NCBI GenBank assembly: GCA_030770535.1
Contig: JASVEC010000177.1
Coordinates: 1-36,061 of the forward strand
DNA length: 36,061 nt
Source of the DNA: Batkoa obscura
Lineage: Eukaryota
Direction of reading: 5' to 3'
Position numbers and translations under genes: made by a program. Below the pieces are notes generated by a model. The model searched no databases, was not told the origin of the DNA, and saw only the letters and a list, made by a program, of their open reading frames with translations. Every line of letters starts with the position of its first letter. Positions within the stretch are counted from its first letter, which is position 1. This document shows, piece after piece, positions 1 through 12,960 of this stretch.

Positions 1-95
1 TATTTTTGTGTTTTAAAATTTTACTAAAATCTTTCCACTCAAACAGCACTTAAAAGATAGAAAAAGTGATGAAGCTAAAAAGGCACCCTCCTACA
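1..95 (+). mobile_element. MITE copy (5' end cut by window edge)
   Basis: Matches family core TTTTACTAAcAATCTTTCCACTCAAAtAGCrCTTAAAA. Confidence 0.8.
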
Positions 96-1053
96 CTGTT
101 TTGTATGGTAACAAATCAAATACGAATCACTTATACTAAAGGTAATTAAAGGTTCATGATTATGCATAATAACAGTATTTTTCAGCAAAAATATTATTAA
201 ATAAACATACTAAAAAAGTTATATGATAATGAAGCCAAGGTTAGTTTATTTCAACAACATTTATTGATATAAGCGCTTATTAATACTTTAGAATTCATTT
301 AAGTATATTTAATTTTTTATAAGATACATACAAATTTCAACTATTCATATACATAAACATTTGAAATTTATGATAATCAAACATTGAAATTATTATTTGA
401 ATTATCAATAGCGTTTTTTCTATTCCATATAATTTTCCACTACTTTTCTTCACTAAGTCGGACTAAATTTAGTTCCTGTTAGAGCCACCAGTTAATTAAT
501 CTGACTTGATTCTGTATAAAACATCCACTGTTTTTATTTCAACAATTAACAATATAATATTAACTCCTTGTTAATATTGTATCTAAAATTTAATTTATTT
601 CCTTTGTTTCATAGTATGTAGACTTAATATTAATCTTTAATGTTGTAAACCTGCTTAAAAAAATAATTAATTAATTAATAAAAACCCAAAGATAAATAAT
701 GTATTTGGTAGATTATCAAGTAAAGAATTTTTTTGATTTTGTGGTTAATATGATCGAATGCTTGCTCATTTTAATTATTATTAGATAAAAGTTTGTCACA
801 ATTAAATCCAACCATAAATTAAGTTAATGAGATTTTATTGGGGACCCCTGGTTAGCCGAAAAAAAAACAATCTATTTATATTCTGATATTAATTAAGCAA
901 GAACATCTATCATAATTGGCTACGTATTTGCATCTCCTACTATTATTATTAAAAAGATTAATAAATTAAAATAATTTCTATGGAGAACATTCTTATTCAA
1001 AAAAGGATATAACTACAAGCTGAACGAAAGTTTTTTTAGTTATCTATTTCAAA

Positions 1054-2269
1054 ATGAAAAGTACTTTAGTTAATTTGTTAATTGGTATCCTTGCTATAGG
1101 ATATGTTCAATGTAATTTTTTATATCATATTACTATTACTTTTATTAATTATATTTAGCTGATTGTAGTGACGATGTAGACATTGAAAAACAAGGCGACT
1201 TGAAATCATTATCTGGCTGTTCCACTTATAGTGGTAAAATTACCTTCAAAAATGCTGGTATTTCAGAAGTTAGCTTCTCTGATCTTGAAAAGTTAGAAGG
1301 TGAACTTAAAATCTCTGGGGACAAAGCCATTTCTGGTATTAGCTTTCCAAAGCTTAAAACTGCCAATAAAATTACCATTGCTAATTTAACTGGACTTGGA
1401 AAACTCGACTTCCCTAAACTTAGTGAGGTAACAGAATTAGTTTTGCAGGATTTGACTCCACTCCAACAATTGACTTTTAACGGTGGTTTAAGTAAGGTTG
1501 GAAAGTTTGAAATCTCCAGAACTCAATTAACCAAGGTTGATGGTTTATCCTTTGAATCTGCTGATTCAGTTAAAGTACTTTCAAATGTTAATCTTCAAGA
1601 GATCAATTTTCCTAAATTAAAGCAAACTAAAGGTGAAGTTCGATTTGAAGCCAACAGTATTGCAGCCAAAATTCAAGCCCTTAAACTTGAAACTGTTGGC
1701 GGTGATGTTTATTATACCAATTCAAGTGTATTCTCTGCCCCAGAAATCAAAGAAGTCAAAGGCCTTGTACATATTGCAGGTTGCTCCGATACTAAATTTG
1801 AGTTCAAAAAGCTTGAGAAAATTGAGAAAGGTTTAACTCTTACTACTAATCTTAAACTTAAGGAGGCTTTATTCCCTGTCCTTTCAGAACTTACTCATGA
1901 TGGTATATTGGTTGTTAATAATACTAATTTAAAGACATTGAACATCAAGAGTCTTGAAAAAATAGCTGGAGGTTTCGAAATTAGAAATCCAAGTATTGCT
2001 AAGTTAGACTTAGTAACCAAATCTTTATTGATGGCGCCATTTATGTCTTTGCAAACTTGACTTGTGAAGGAGAAGGAAGTTTTAATGAGAGAATCGGTGG
2101 CCATGCATCTGGCTCAATTAACTGTACAAACTCTAACGGAAATGGTGATCTCAAATTGAATGATACTGACTCGGGCAGTAAAAATTCCGAATCTAGTGCC
2201 TCATTAACTTCAGTTCAATTCTCATCTATCCCTTTATTAGCTTTGTTTGCTGGATTTTATTTACTTTAA
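1054..2269 (+). CDS. Ecm33/Pst1/Sps2-family GPI-anchored cell-wall protein (receptor L-domain-like repeats); apparent -1 frameshift near 2010
   Basis: ATG 1054 begins signal peptide MKSTLVNLLIGILAIGYVQS. GT-AG intron 1112-1158 joins in frame to ORF 1200-2060, which has repeated FPxL/LxxVxG units. The frame shifts near 2010 into SNQIFIDGAIYVFANLTCEG..., then a Ser-rich omega region and hydrophobic tail (FSSIPLLALFAGFYLL*). Confidence 0.85.
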
Positions 2270-2531
2270 TTATTACCTAATAAAATTGCATTTCCTATTA
2301 TACACTAGCTTTATAAACAAATCCATAAATAGATCAAAGTGTTCTTGTTAATATTCCGATTATTTTAGATAGGATATTAAATATAATTATTTTAAAAATA
2401 GAATATTTATTGAGGTTTAATATAAGTTAACGATATTAAATTTTGATTATTAATATTTTATTAAAATTAATTATATTACTATTCACCAAGCGAAAAAAGA
2501 TATAGCTTTTAGAAGGAAAGGCCAAATAGAA

Positions 2532-3126
2532 TTATAAGCTAAAGTATGTAGCCATAAAAGAGATGGCAGCAAAGGAAACCAATGAATATGAAACGAAAAC
2601 TGGGGAAGAATCAGACCCTGCAAGTTCTTTTCTTTGTTCATCTTTGTCCTTAGTTTTATTTGCATTATCTTTGTCTTTCTTTTCATTATCTTTTTCAGTA
2701 GTTTTACATTTATTATTTTTGTTTGCATTAGGTTCACATGCATAGAGATCGGTTTCACATTTCTCACAAGTTGGGTTGGACTCTCCTCACTTTTCTTTAC
2801 ATTCATAATGCTTAATATTACAAGTTGCGAAATGAGCACTAAAGGTAGTATCTAATAAAGTTTAATGACTTAAAGCTAAAATTAAAAAAAAAATTACTTG
2901 TTACTGGTGGAACATATCCGGATTCGCAAAGACATGTATATGCAAGGGTATTTGGCTCACACTCATTTTTTTTAGGATCAGACTTATCTTGGCAGTAACA
3001 TGCAGTTACACAATCATGCTGAGTCTCTACACAAATCTGTTCACGTTGCGATTCATCATAAACAATAGCATTGGTAAATGAACCAATGGCTAGAGCAGTA
3101 GCAAGGAGAGTAGAAGAGAACTTCAT
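2532..3126 (-). CDS. Small secreted Cys-rich GPI-anchored protein (DUF7707-like fungal surface family) with in-frame TGA at 2789-2787
   Basis: Exon 3126-2898 has a signal peptide and 7 Cys. Intron 2897-2852. Exon 2851-2532 reads NTTFSAHFATCNIKHYECKEK*GESNPTCEKCETDLYACEPNANKNNKCKTTEKD...AGSDSSPVFVSYSLVSFAAISFMATYFSL*. The family name is from recall of the Cys spacing. Confidence 0.75.
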
Positions 3127-3765
3127 TAAAAATTATTGTAATAAAAAGTGAAAAGTGAAAATTGAAAAGATTAATTGTAGTTTATAAGAATTGCAGTAGT
3201 AGGAGTACCTTTACCACTTTAGGTGAATTCTTAGTCTCCTCAACTTTAATTATTCCGTAAACCTGGTAATTTTATTTTCATTCAAGAACTTTAGATGCTT
3301 ATAGCCAATAATAACTTAACTTTAAATGCAACATCAACCAATGAATGGCCGAAAAAGATTACCACAACTAAATTTAAGTTCTGCTATTTTTAGATCTATA
3401 GTTGTGTCTACCACTTAATTTCATGTGTAATTAAATTTCTCACTTTTAAATTGTCATTAATTATATTGAAACTATGCTTCTATAGCTTGTAAACAAATAA
3501 ACATATTATGTACGATGTTGTAGTTAATAAAATAATATTATTATAAGTACGTTTTGTAAACTTTACCCCCATTATATGACCCTTAGTTTTTTTAAATCAA
3601 AAATCTATTAGAATAAGCGTAAGCCGCCTTATCTTTACCTTTTTTATCTTTTTTTATTTTTATCAAAATCAAAACAATTCATAATTAAGATACACCTTGA
3701 TTTTAGATATAACTTTTATTAAGACAAAACATAATATATAAAAAAATTAAGCTCAATTAATTTCA

Positions 3766-5694
3766 ATGATTAATACCCTCTTACTACTGCCATATATAAT
3801 ACCAGTATTATTAGCGCCCTATGTCCTTTACCTTAAATTAAAAAAATATGTAAGAAAAGGTTTTATTGAAAATAGAAGAGTTATATTGCAAAATACAAAA
3901 CCAAATATTGAACAGTTACCCCCTTTTATTCTTGGTTACTTCCATCCTTTTTGGTAATTTATTTCTTTGCTTCTTTATTTCTTTAATTATTAATTATTAA
4001 TTATTAGTAATGATGGCGGTGGCGGTGAAAGAGTTCTTTGGGCTATGATAGAAGCATTACAAAATAAATATCCAAATTTAGTACATGTGATTTATACTGG
4101 AGATGATATTGAAAGAGAAGAATTGGTTGAAAAAGTTAAGGTAAATAATAACAATAAACATAATATACTATGTCCTTATATTAATGTTTAGACTAACTTT
4201 AATATAAAAATTAATGTTGATACTCTGTATTTAATTCATTTAACTAAAAGAAATTGGGTGGAGGCTAAAAAGTATTTATTTTAAAAACACAACAATCATA
4301 TTTATTCCATTTTTAGCTACCCAAGGTTCACAATGTTGCTCCAAAGTTTAGCAAGCACAGTGTTAGGATGGGAAGCTATGTCTAAACTTATTCCAGACCT
4401 CTTTTTTGGTATTATAGAATATCTTTTTATGTTTTTTGCTTACATTATTTTAATTAGATACTATGGGGTATGCATTCACCTATCCGTTAGTTTCAAACTT
4501 AGTCGACTGTAAAATTGCAGCATATGTACATTATCCAACTATCAGGTATTTGTCAATATAAATATAAATATAAATATAAATATAAATTAATTATTTAGTA
4601 CGGATATGATAAGTTCAATTCAACAAAGAGATGACGATGTGGTCAATAATTCTTCAGCTATTTCAAATAGCAGCATATTATCCAATTTAAAATTAATGTA
4701 AGTTTTTTAAGTGTACTATCATAAATACTAAACTTGCTAGTTATTATAAATTTTTCGCATTTTTATACTCATGGTGTGGCTCTTTTTCTAACTTAACTAT
4801 GGTATTTTTATTAGATGTAAGTAGATAATATATAACACATTTAATAGGTAAATTCATCTTGGACTAAAGGTCATATTGATAGTTTATGGGGAATTCAATC
4901 AAATATTTTATATCCACCATGTTCTACTATAGAATTTAATCAATTAAGCTTAAAAGATAGAAATCCAAATATCATATCTATCGCACAATTTAGGTAAAGC
5001 GTTTATATCATTAAATTGTAGTTATTAATAGCTTCGATTACATTATAGGCCAGAAAAAAATCAAATATTACAAATATTGGCAATCAAAGATTTATATAAT
5101 AAAAATAAAAAATATTTTGCTGATGGTTGGGGAAATAGAAAGAATAACAAAGTTCAGTTGAATATAATTGGAAGTGTAAGGAATGAAGAAGACTTAGAAA
5201 GATATCAACAACTTGAAGATAAAATTGATGAATTCGGTTTATCACATATCATTCAATTAAGAAAGAACTTACAATTTAGTGAATTAAAATCTTTATTGAG
5301 TGATTCAGTCATTGGCTTACACTCTATGAAAATGGAACATTTTGGTATTAATGTTGTAGAGCTATTAGCTGCCGGTACTATTCCTATTGCGCATAATTCT
5401 GGTGGTCCAAAGATGGATATTATTAACAACCAAAATAAGGAGGATTATGGTATTTCTTTTATTTCTTATGTCATTTATATGTTTACTTTTTTTTTAATAG
5501 ATTATTATGGATTTTTAGCTGATAGTGCTGAACAATATTCAAGTTATATTCAACAAGTATTAGAGTTATATGATAGCGACTATGGCCAGTTTTTAGAGAA
5601 TCAAAAGTTAAATCAAAAAGCATCAAACTATTTTTCAGCACAAAAAATTAGTACTAGTTTATATAATTATATAGATCCTTTTTTAAGTCATTAA
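3766..5694 (+). CDS. ALG11: GDP-Man:Man3GlcNAc2-PP-Dol alpha-1,2-mannosyltransferase (GT4)
   Basis: Spliced motifs [71 protein letters not shown] and [24 protein letters not shown]-terminal TM segment; many short GT-AG introns. Confidence 0.96.
4555..4587 (+). repeat. (AATATA)5 microsatellite in ALG11 intron
   Basis: Five exact tandem copies read directly. Confidence 0.85.
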
Positions 5695-5748
5695 GAGTTT
5701 AATAAATAAATTAGTTTTTATAGCTGTCTTCATACTTTATTTTTATTT

Positions 5749-6595
5749 TTAAGTATAGATATTTAGTTTTCCATAATCCTTAAAAAAAGATTTTACTAAG
5801 AATAATCCCAAGTTTGTAGGTTGGGAAAAAGCAATATAATTTAATGGCAATTGAGAAATACCATAGTAAACATCATTCCTTAAACAAGATAATAATGTTT
5901 TAGCAATTCCCAATTGACGGTAGCTATCTAATGTCCAAATACGCTTAACTCCAATGATCATCTTTTCCTGTTTTTTAATATCACAAAGGAATTCAACATC
6001 AAAGTTTAATCTTTTATAAGCACTAACATGTTCGCTTATTAATACTCCTATCACGTCATCACATTCATTTAAATATATTAAATACTAAATCTTTTTTCAA
6101 CTACTTCAATTTATTTTTATATAAATTACCTTATAATTTTTTATTTCATCATTTTCTAATTTTATTCCATCTATCTTTCTATTTATAAACTCATTAATTT
6201 CTATCAACTATTATTGTATTAGTTATTATAAATGAAACAAATTTGGACCTACTTTCTTTAGTTCAAATCCTCGAGCCCTTGAGCCATGAAACAATATAAC
6301 TTTACCCAAAGTTTTACTTAAAGGTCGAATAACAACTCTCTTTAGCAAACTACTATTTTTGTATGTTTTCTACTTAAAGATTAAACTTAATCAACTAAAT
6401 CATTTCAAATACCTTAATTTTTACACCTTCTTTTCTACTATTACAATATTTCTTGTGGAATACCAAATCCTTTTTTGTCTTGTTATAGACCATTCCACAT
6501 TCTTGACATTTTTCAATATTTCCTTGTGTTCCTGGATGATAATATATTTCTTCTTTAAACTTCCTTATATTATCCTTCTCTGTAATTGCTTTCAT
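5749..6595 (-). CDS. ECO1: Cohesin acetyltransferase Eco1/Ctf7/ESCO (compact form)
   Basis: N-terminal Zn finger KCQECGMVY...DLVFHKKYC. C-terminal acetyltransferase IGVKRIWT..SYRQLGIAKTLL...IAFSQPTNLG. Interrupted by short introns. Confidence 0.9.
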
Positions 6596-7610
6596 TTAGA
6601 TAAAAAGAATTGTAATTATGATTATTTTGAAAATATTTTTACAATCTCAGCAAATCATTATTAAATTGACTTTATAAAAATAGTAAATCAAATAAATCAC
6701 AAAGTAATTAACAAAGTAATAATATAAGGTTGTAAATTTTATAGCTAAATTTAAATGATCATATATTAATTGATTTATAATGACCTATTATATAGTTTTG
6801 CATATTTTTAAGTATATTGCGTTATTTAAATATGATTATAAATTAAATAGTTATTATAAGGATAGAACATAAAGCTATGTAAAAAATATATACATTTGAA
6901 TAACACATTTATAATGCTTATAGCCTTTCCTTACTAACGACTTCACATTTATATTAAAATATTTTTTATTGCTAAATTTAACTCAGTTCTTTTATATATT
7001 ACCTATCTTTTATAATAAGTATTAACAATATTATTTTTGATAAGTTTAAATGTGGGAAAAGTTTAGTAAATCTAGATACAAAAACCATTAAGAAGATTCA
7101 AATAGTTTGCTATTAGGATACTTTATGCTTGGTTGTTTTAATGAGATAATGTTATAAATTAAGATCATATTGGAAGTAAAAAAATATCATTTTAAAGCTT
7201 CTGTAGAATAATATTATATTAAAATTAATTTACTTTAATAACATTATCTAAAAATAACTTGGGATAATAAAAATAAAGAACTGAGCTAAATAGAAGTTTG
7301 ATGTCATGAAATGTCACTTATTACAGAAATCGCTTTAAAGTTATACTTTAAAATCAACGGAGTCTAATTCTATATCTTTTTATTTATATCTTTAAATATA
7401 CTATTATTTTTATATTATTATCACTTTTCTTAATTGTTTATTTTAAAAGCCCCCTTGTTTTCATAATTCCGTCCATATGATAGTTTGTAATCTGTTACAT
7501 AATTCAAATTTACGGATAAAAATGATTTTGTTCTAATAGAGCTAGCTACCTTAACTTTATTTTAAAAAAACCCATAAAACTGACTTTTAATTTTTGATCA
7601 ATAAAATTAA

Positions 7611-7782
7611 TATGGGGATGTATTTTTGTGTTTAAGAATTTTACTAACAATTTTTCCACTCGATTAGTGCTTAAAAGATGGGAAAAGTAAAGCCAAAAAA
7701 ACACTTCTATATACAGAATGAAGCACTATTTGAGTGGAAAAATTGTTAGTAAAATTCTTAAACACAAAAATACATCCCCATA
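7611..7782. mobile_element. MITE copy (+, 7611-7711) followed by an inverted half copy (-, 7723-7782)
   Basis: Begins TATGGGGATGTATTTTTGTGTTTAAGAATTTTACTAACAATTTTTCCACTC and ends with its reverse complement. Confidence 0.88.
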
Positions 7783-8414
7783 TGTTTATTAACGTGCGAA
7801 TATAAAGCTTTGCTCAAAGTATTTTCTGATTCAATTCTTTTTTTTTTGATTCTGAAATAGGAACTCAGATTCAATAATTTTTTCATTTAAATAAAAGTAA
7901 GCTACAGTAAAAGGCACAACAGACTTTATTAAAATTATGCTATGTTAAATAAAACGTGGATGTCTCTTATTAATACCATATTTGGAAACAAATCTACCTC
8001 ATAAACGGCCATTAAAAATGACTAAAAAGATGTATAATTGTTTTAAAAAAATGCCAAGAATGTAAACTATTTTGCTATAGTATAATATAACCCTTAAATT
8101 ATATATATGTGATATGTTTTTATTTTTATAGTTAAAAAGATGTGTAAAGATAATTATATTTAAAAATGTATTTAAAATTTTAAAATCCAACTACTAATAA
8201 AGCATAACCATAACATGATGTTCAGTCTAGTTACTTTAACTTTTGAGGATATCATATGCGATAAAACAGTTTAGATAAGTTATATGAGGGTTGGTTCTGT
8301 AGATACTGAGTTAGGAGTCAAAATGAGATAAAAGAGAATGAAAAAGGGAGGGATATAAGACGTTATAACTTTGTTACCCAATTCAAATAAATAAATAACC
8401 CGCGTTAGACTTTA

Positions 8415-9276
8415 TCACCATTCAAGATAATCTAGATATTCTGTCAGTCTTTGGATTAATATATCCATCTTGTCCAATAAGGGTGGAAGTACATCTGGAG
8501 TGAAATGAAAGAACCCATTATCTCCCTCTTGAGAAGAAGATGAGTCCGATGCTAAAGAGCACCCATCCGGAGTTACTGGACTTGGGGGTCTAGTCCTTGA
8601 TAATAAAGTTTTAAAAACTTCATTTTGTTCAAGTATCTTATGCCTTTGCTTCTTTTTTAACTCCATTGCAGATGATGCGTCACCACTATCGGGAGCCAGT
8701 CCCTTTTCTTTTTCTTCATGTAGGTGTTGAACTAACGCATCTGCTTCTTGTAAATCTTGGCTATATGCTTGCCCTACCTCATCAAAAGCCTTCTCAGGCT
8801 CAGTCTTCATTTTGAGATGCACACGACGAAGTAAATCTCGAAGCACTATAGTTTGGATAAATAAATATTATTAGTAAAAAAATGTGTCGGATTACCTATT
8901 TTCTTTTCAGAAAGATTTCTAAAATTACTAGAATCTTTATTTGCAAGATCAGATGAGCTACGTACACTGGTCGGGATTTTTAGGCTAGCTCTTGGCTCAA
9001 GTTCAAAATCTCCGTCCCAATTTTCACTACATCTTCCTAAAAATTAATTAATTTAAAATAAGCAGTAATTACATTAAACTTACTGGATCTTGGTGTTAAT
9101 GAGCTTGGATAAGTATTAACTTTTCTAGTTCCCGTATTAAACTTCTTCATATCCCCGTATTTTGAATTATTAGCCGATGGTATATTACTGTTATTGTTTT
9201 CTTGGGTATCCATTTTAAGTAATCCTTCTTCAGGAATGGAGGATATGAAAGTAGGATTGCTTGATACTATACTCAT
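8415..9276 (-). CDS. Hypothetical protein, 3 exons
   Basis: Exons 9276-9084, 9036-8896 and 8845-8415 are joined in frame by GT-AG introns (9083-9037, 8895-8846). Contains ENWDGDFE followed by predicted helical segments. GC is higher than the flanks. Confidence 0.75.
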
Positions 9277-12129
9277 ATATGTAGTATAGTTATGAACTTT
9301 TTGTTGATTTTGTATAGATAAGGTTAGATTCGCAGCGGGATATTAAGCTGGGGTAATTCAGTCCAATGTAGTTTGTATATTTATATACTTAGGTTGATAG
9401 AAAACAAGGATAAGGTTGTTGATATATGGTGTTCTTAATATATACTACAGACAATAGTTAATTAAAAGGCTTTACGTGGTTTAATAAAGATTAAGTTTAA
9501 GGGAATAAAAATATGAATTCGCAAAAAGAAAGGAGACAGAATAGTATATATAAAATTGGATTATGTATAATGTATGGCAAATGTATTTAAAAATAGGTAT
9601 ATAAAATTTGAAACACTGTACACATAAAATCAGTCTTTCTTAGAATCAAAGAGAGAAATTGAAAGAAGTTAGGTTTATACAGACCAAAATTGGAAAAATA
9701 AAAAAGGGGTGGAAATGTAGGGTACAAAATATTGCAATTTTGATTGAGTATTGTTATAAAATTCGAGTTTAATTCTTTAAGTTAGGTTAATTTAATGGTT
9801 GAAATCTTGAAATCATTATTCATATTTTTGTTTATTCCTGATTGATTGGAATCAAAATAGAATGCTTTAATTGGCTGCTTTTGAATTTTAATAATTTTTC
9901 TACCAAGATTAAATAAGATAGAAGTATAAATTAGACAATATATTGCTACTTAAATCATTTTATTTATTATAACCTAAAAAACAATCAGTATAAAGGAATT
10001 TTACTACTTATTAGAACGGTATATTTAACTAATTAGAAAGAATCTCTACTATACTTTTAAAGTCATAAAATTATTAAATTTTTATTGATTTCTATGACCA
10101 CAATCTAGTCATTTGATTGACTTTGTTGTATCACTACTATTTAAAAATAATATTCAATTAAATTAATACATCATTTAAAATAGTATTTAGATAATAATTT
10201 GGAATATTTTAAACATGAATTTAAACCATATATTCTTTAATTTGATACACATTATACCTTGATCTTTTTGATCTACTTAATCATTTAAAATACTTCATCA
10301 TTAAGCTAAGCTTATTCTTATTCTATCTTTTCTTCTTATTCAATATTTTAATATAAGATACCTAACTTATAGCTACTACATTTAATGAGCACTCCATTCT
10401 TAAAATCAACTTGGATTTAATATTCATTGTCAAAATTGATGACGAATATTGTTAACAATTACTTTAATAAAGTCCATACTATATAATAAAACTAAAAACC
10501 ATAGCTGGTAAGATTTCAACAAGAACAAAGATATAAAAATTAAACAAACATCTTTAATTATATAAGCTTACTACAAAGTCATATACCTTTTCTACTAAAT
10601 TCGTTCTTTATTTCAACTTTGTTTTTCTTACAATAAAAGGTTATTTGAATTTGAAATATACAATGGGAGCATAACTTATTAAACCTGAAAATTCTTGAAT
10701 GAATTATATTTTAATACCGTTTAACTAAATTGGGTAATATGAGATATTCCCATAAAAACAGAAAATGTAAAAGTATAATGTCAAAAAAATATAAAGAAGC
10801 AGAAATCTAACCTGGAAGGATTTGATATTAGAGGAAGATCATGAAGAAAAAATATTACTAATACTAAAAGGGTGTAGCGTAAAATTTAATTACACTTGTC
10901 AAGTGACTTTGATAAGGAAAAGCATATTAATTATAAGTTTGAATATCAAATGGATTCATTCTCTGGTTGAAAAAAGATGTGACTTTAAGCTTTTTTACCT
11001 TTGAAAACCACAACATGTTATTATCCCTTTATTATTTATTTTTAGAAATGACGTAAGTTAGACACTGATAAGGTCAGCAAAAACCTGTTCAATATATTTC
11101 GCTAGAAAATAGGTTGTATAGAAGGTTATAAAAAATTTAATGTATACTATACTAAAGCATATGCTCATATATTATTGCCAAAAAGGGCTAAGATATATTT
11201 GTACTACATTAAAGTAAAACTATGTATGATTTTCGATGAAAATGCCATTGGCATTAATAACATTAAAAGAAAAACGTGATAGATGGAGCTTCAATAAAAT
11301 TTATTTATTTATAAATGTCACATTTAATAATGAACCTGTTAGATATGAAGGATAAATAAGAAAGGATAAGTTATTTAGGCACTTTAAGCTTTAATATTTT
11401 ATACATTAACCTTAATTTTTCATAAATCGAATACTGGATCATATTTTACATAGTTTAAATATATCTTCAAGGTCAACCTTAATTTTACTTTATATTGTAA
11501 AATAGTTGATATTATCTTTAAGTGATATAGCTTGAAACTATTTATTGTATAAAATTATTGATTATATTTAACATAATAACAGCAAATTTGTTAAAACATG
11601 TTAAAATTTTCAATAAACTCTTGATTATACTATTTGTACTATTTTACTATTTATACTATTTGAATGAGATTTTATTGTTATTAAACCATTTATGTAAAAA
11701 TACAAAGCTATAGCTTGGTCAAGAGAACTTTAGACTATAGATACAAAATTTACATAGTTTTATTCTATCCCTAGTACTATTACCTGAATCCAAATCTCAG
11801 AACTTGTTAACTATATTTTAACAAATTTCAAGGCTTCAAGTCTTGAATTGGAGATATTTCTTTTAATTTTATCACTTTTTCGATTTCTTAAATACTATTG
11901 AGTAGAAAAAATCCTGATAAATTTCTTAAAAAAACACCCTTAATTAATAAAAATGAAAATTTATCAGTAGACGATATACAAGAATTAGTATACTCATTTC
12001 TTTACTTTTTTACTATATACTTCTTTTAAACTCTAGCTATAAATTGCCTTTTTGATTTGTTATCAAAACTTTGTCAAGTATATTTAACAATAAGATATTC
12101 AGCTGTTGGGAATTTTTTTTAAGAATACA

Positions 12130-12225
12130 TATGGGGATGTATTTTTTTGCTCAAGAAGTTTACTAATAGTCTTCTCAAATAGGGCTTAAAAAAATGAAAA
12201 AATGAAATCAAAAAACATTCTTATA
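12130..12225 (+). mobile_element. MITE copy
   Basis: TATGGGGATGTATTTTT...AAAAACATTCTTATA with family core. Confidence 0.82.
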
Positions 12226-12960
12226 TTTTGTTCAAAGGCACTTTTTAAAGATTTTAGAAGCTTCAAAATAAGTACTTATATAATAAATAATATAAATTGT
12301 ATTATTACTTTCGTATTATATTTATAGTTGATAGATGGCTTTAGTATATTTGAGATTTAACTGTTGAGAACGGAACAGTCGTGTTATTTCAATAACCAAA
12401 ATTCATTATTTAATATATTGGGTATATTTGTAAAAACATAAAGTCTAGTTTGCATAATCATCATATAGAATGGCTAACTGTATGATTAACTTGCATAAAA
12501 TAAATCCAATCATTTAAGTTAAATTTGTTAATTACAAATATTAGTTATGATCGGAACCTCAAAACATTATTTTTGCATTTGAAATGAATTAAATTTGGGA
12601 CCTGCATATTTTGAAAAATCAATTTATTTAATGTGAGAACTTTGCTAGTATTTATTTTATAATCTATCTTATTTTATAGATTTTTTTTACAATTTTGCGC
12701 AAGTTTATCCCAATAAAACTATAGGTTGCAATAATAAGAAGCTTTTATTGGAAAAGCATGCTTATTTTGAACTAAAAGATAATCTTACATTTGTAATTAA
12801 TAATAGGTAGGAATGGTCTGCTGAATCGATTTCACTTTTTTATCTAATTTTTAAAACTTAAATTATGAACAAAACAACCAATAAAACAATACTAAAATAA
12901 AACTCAATTTTTCAAGCATTTTATATTAAATTTTTGCTTAAAATTATAAAACAAACTCTT

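Noticed and set aside
2483..2855. ORFs 2483-2839(-), 2563-2745(+), 2634-2855(+)
   Set aside because: Shadow frames of the Cys-rich GPI gene's second exon.
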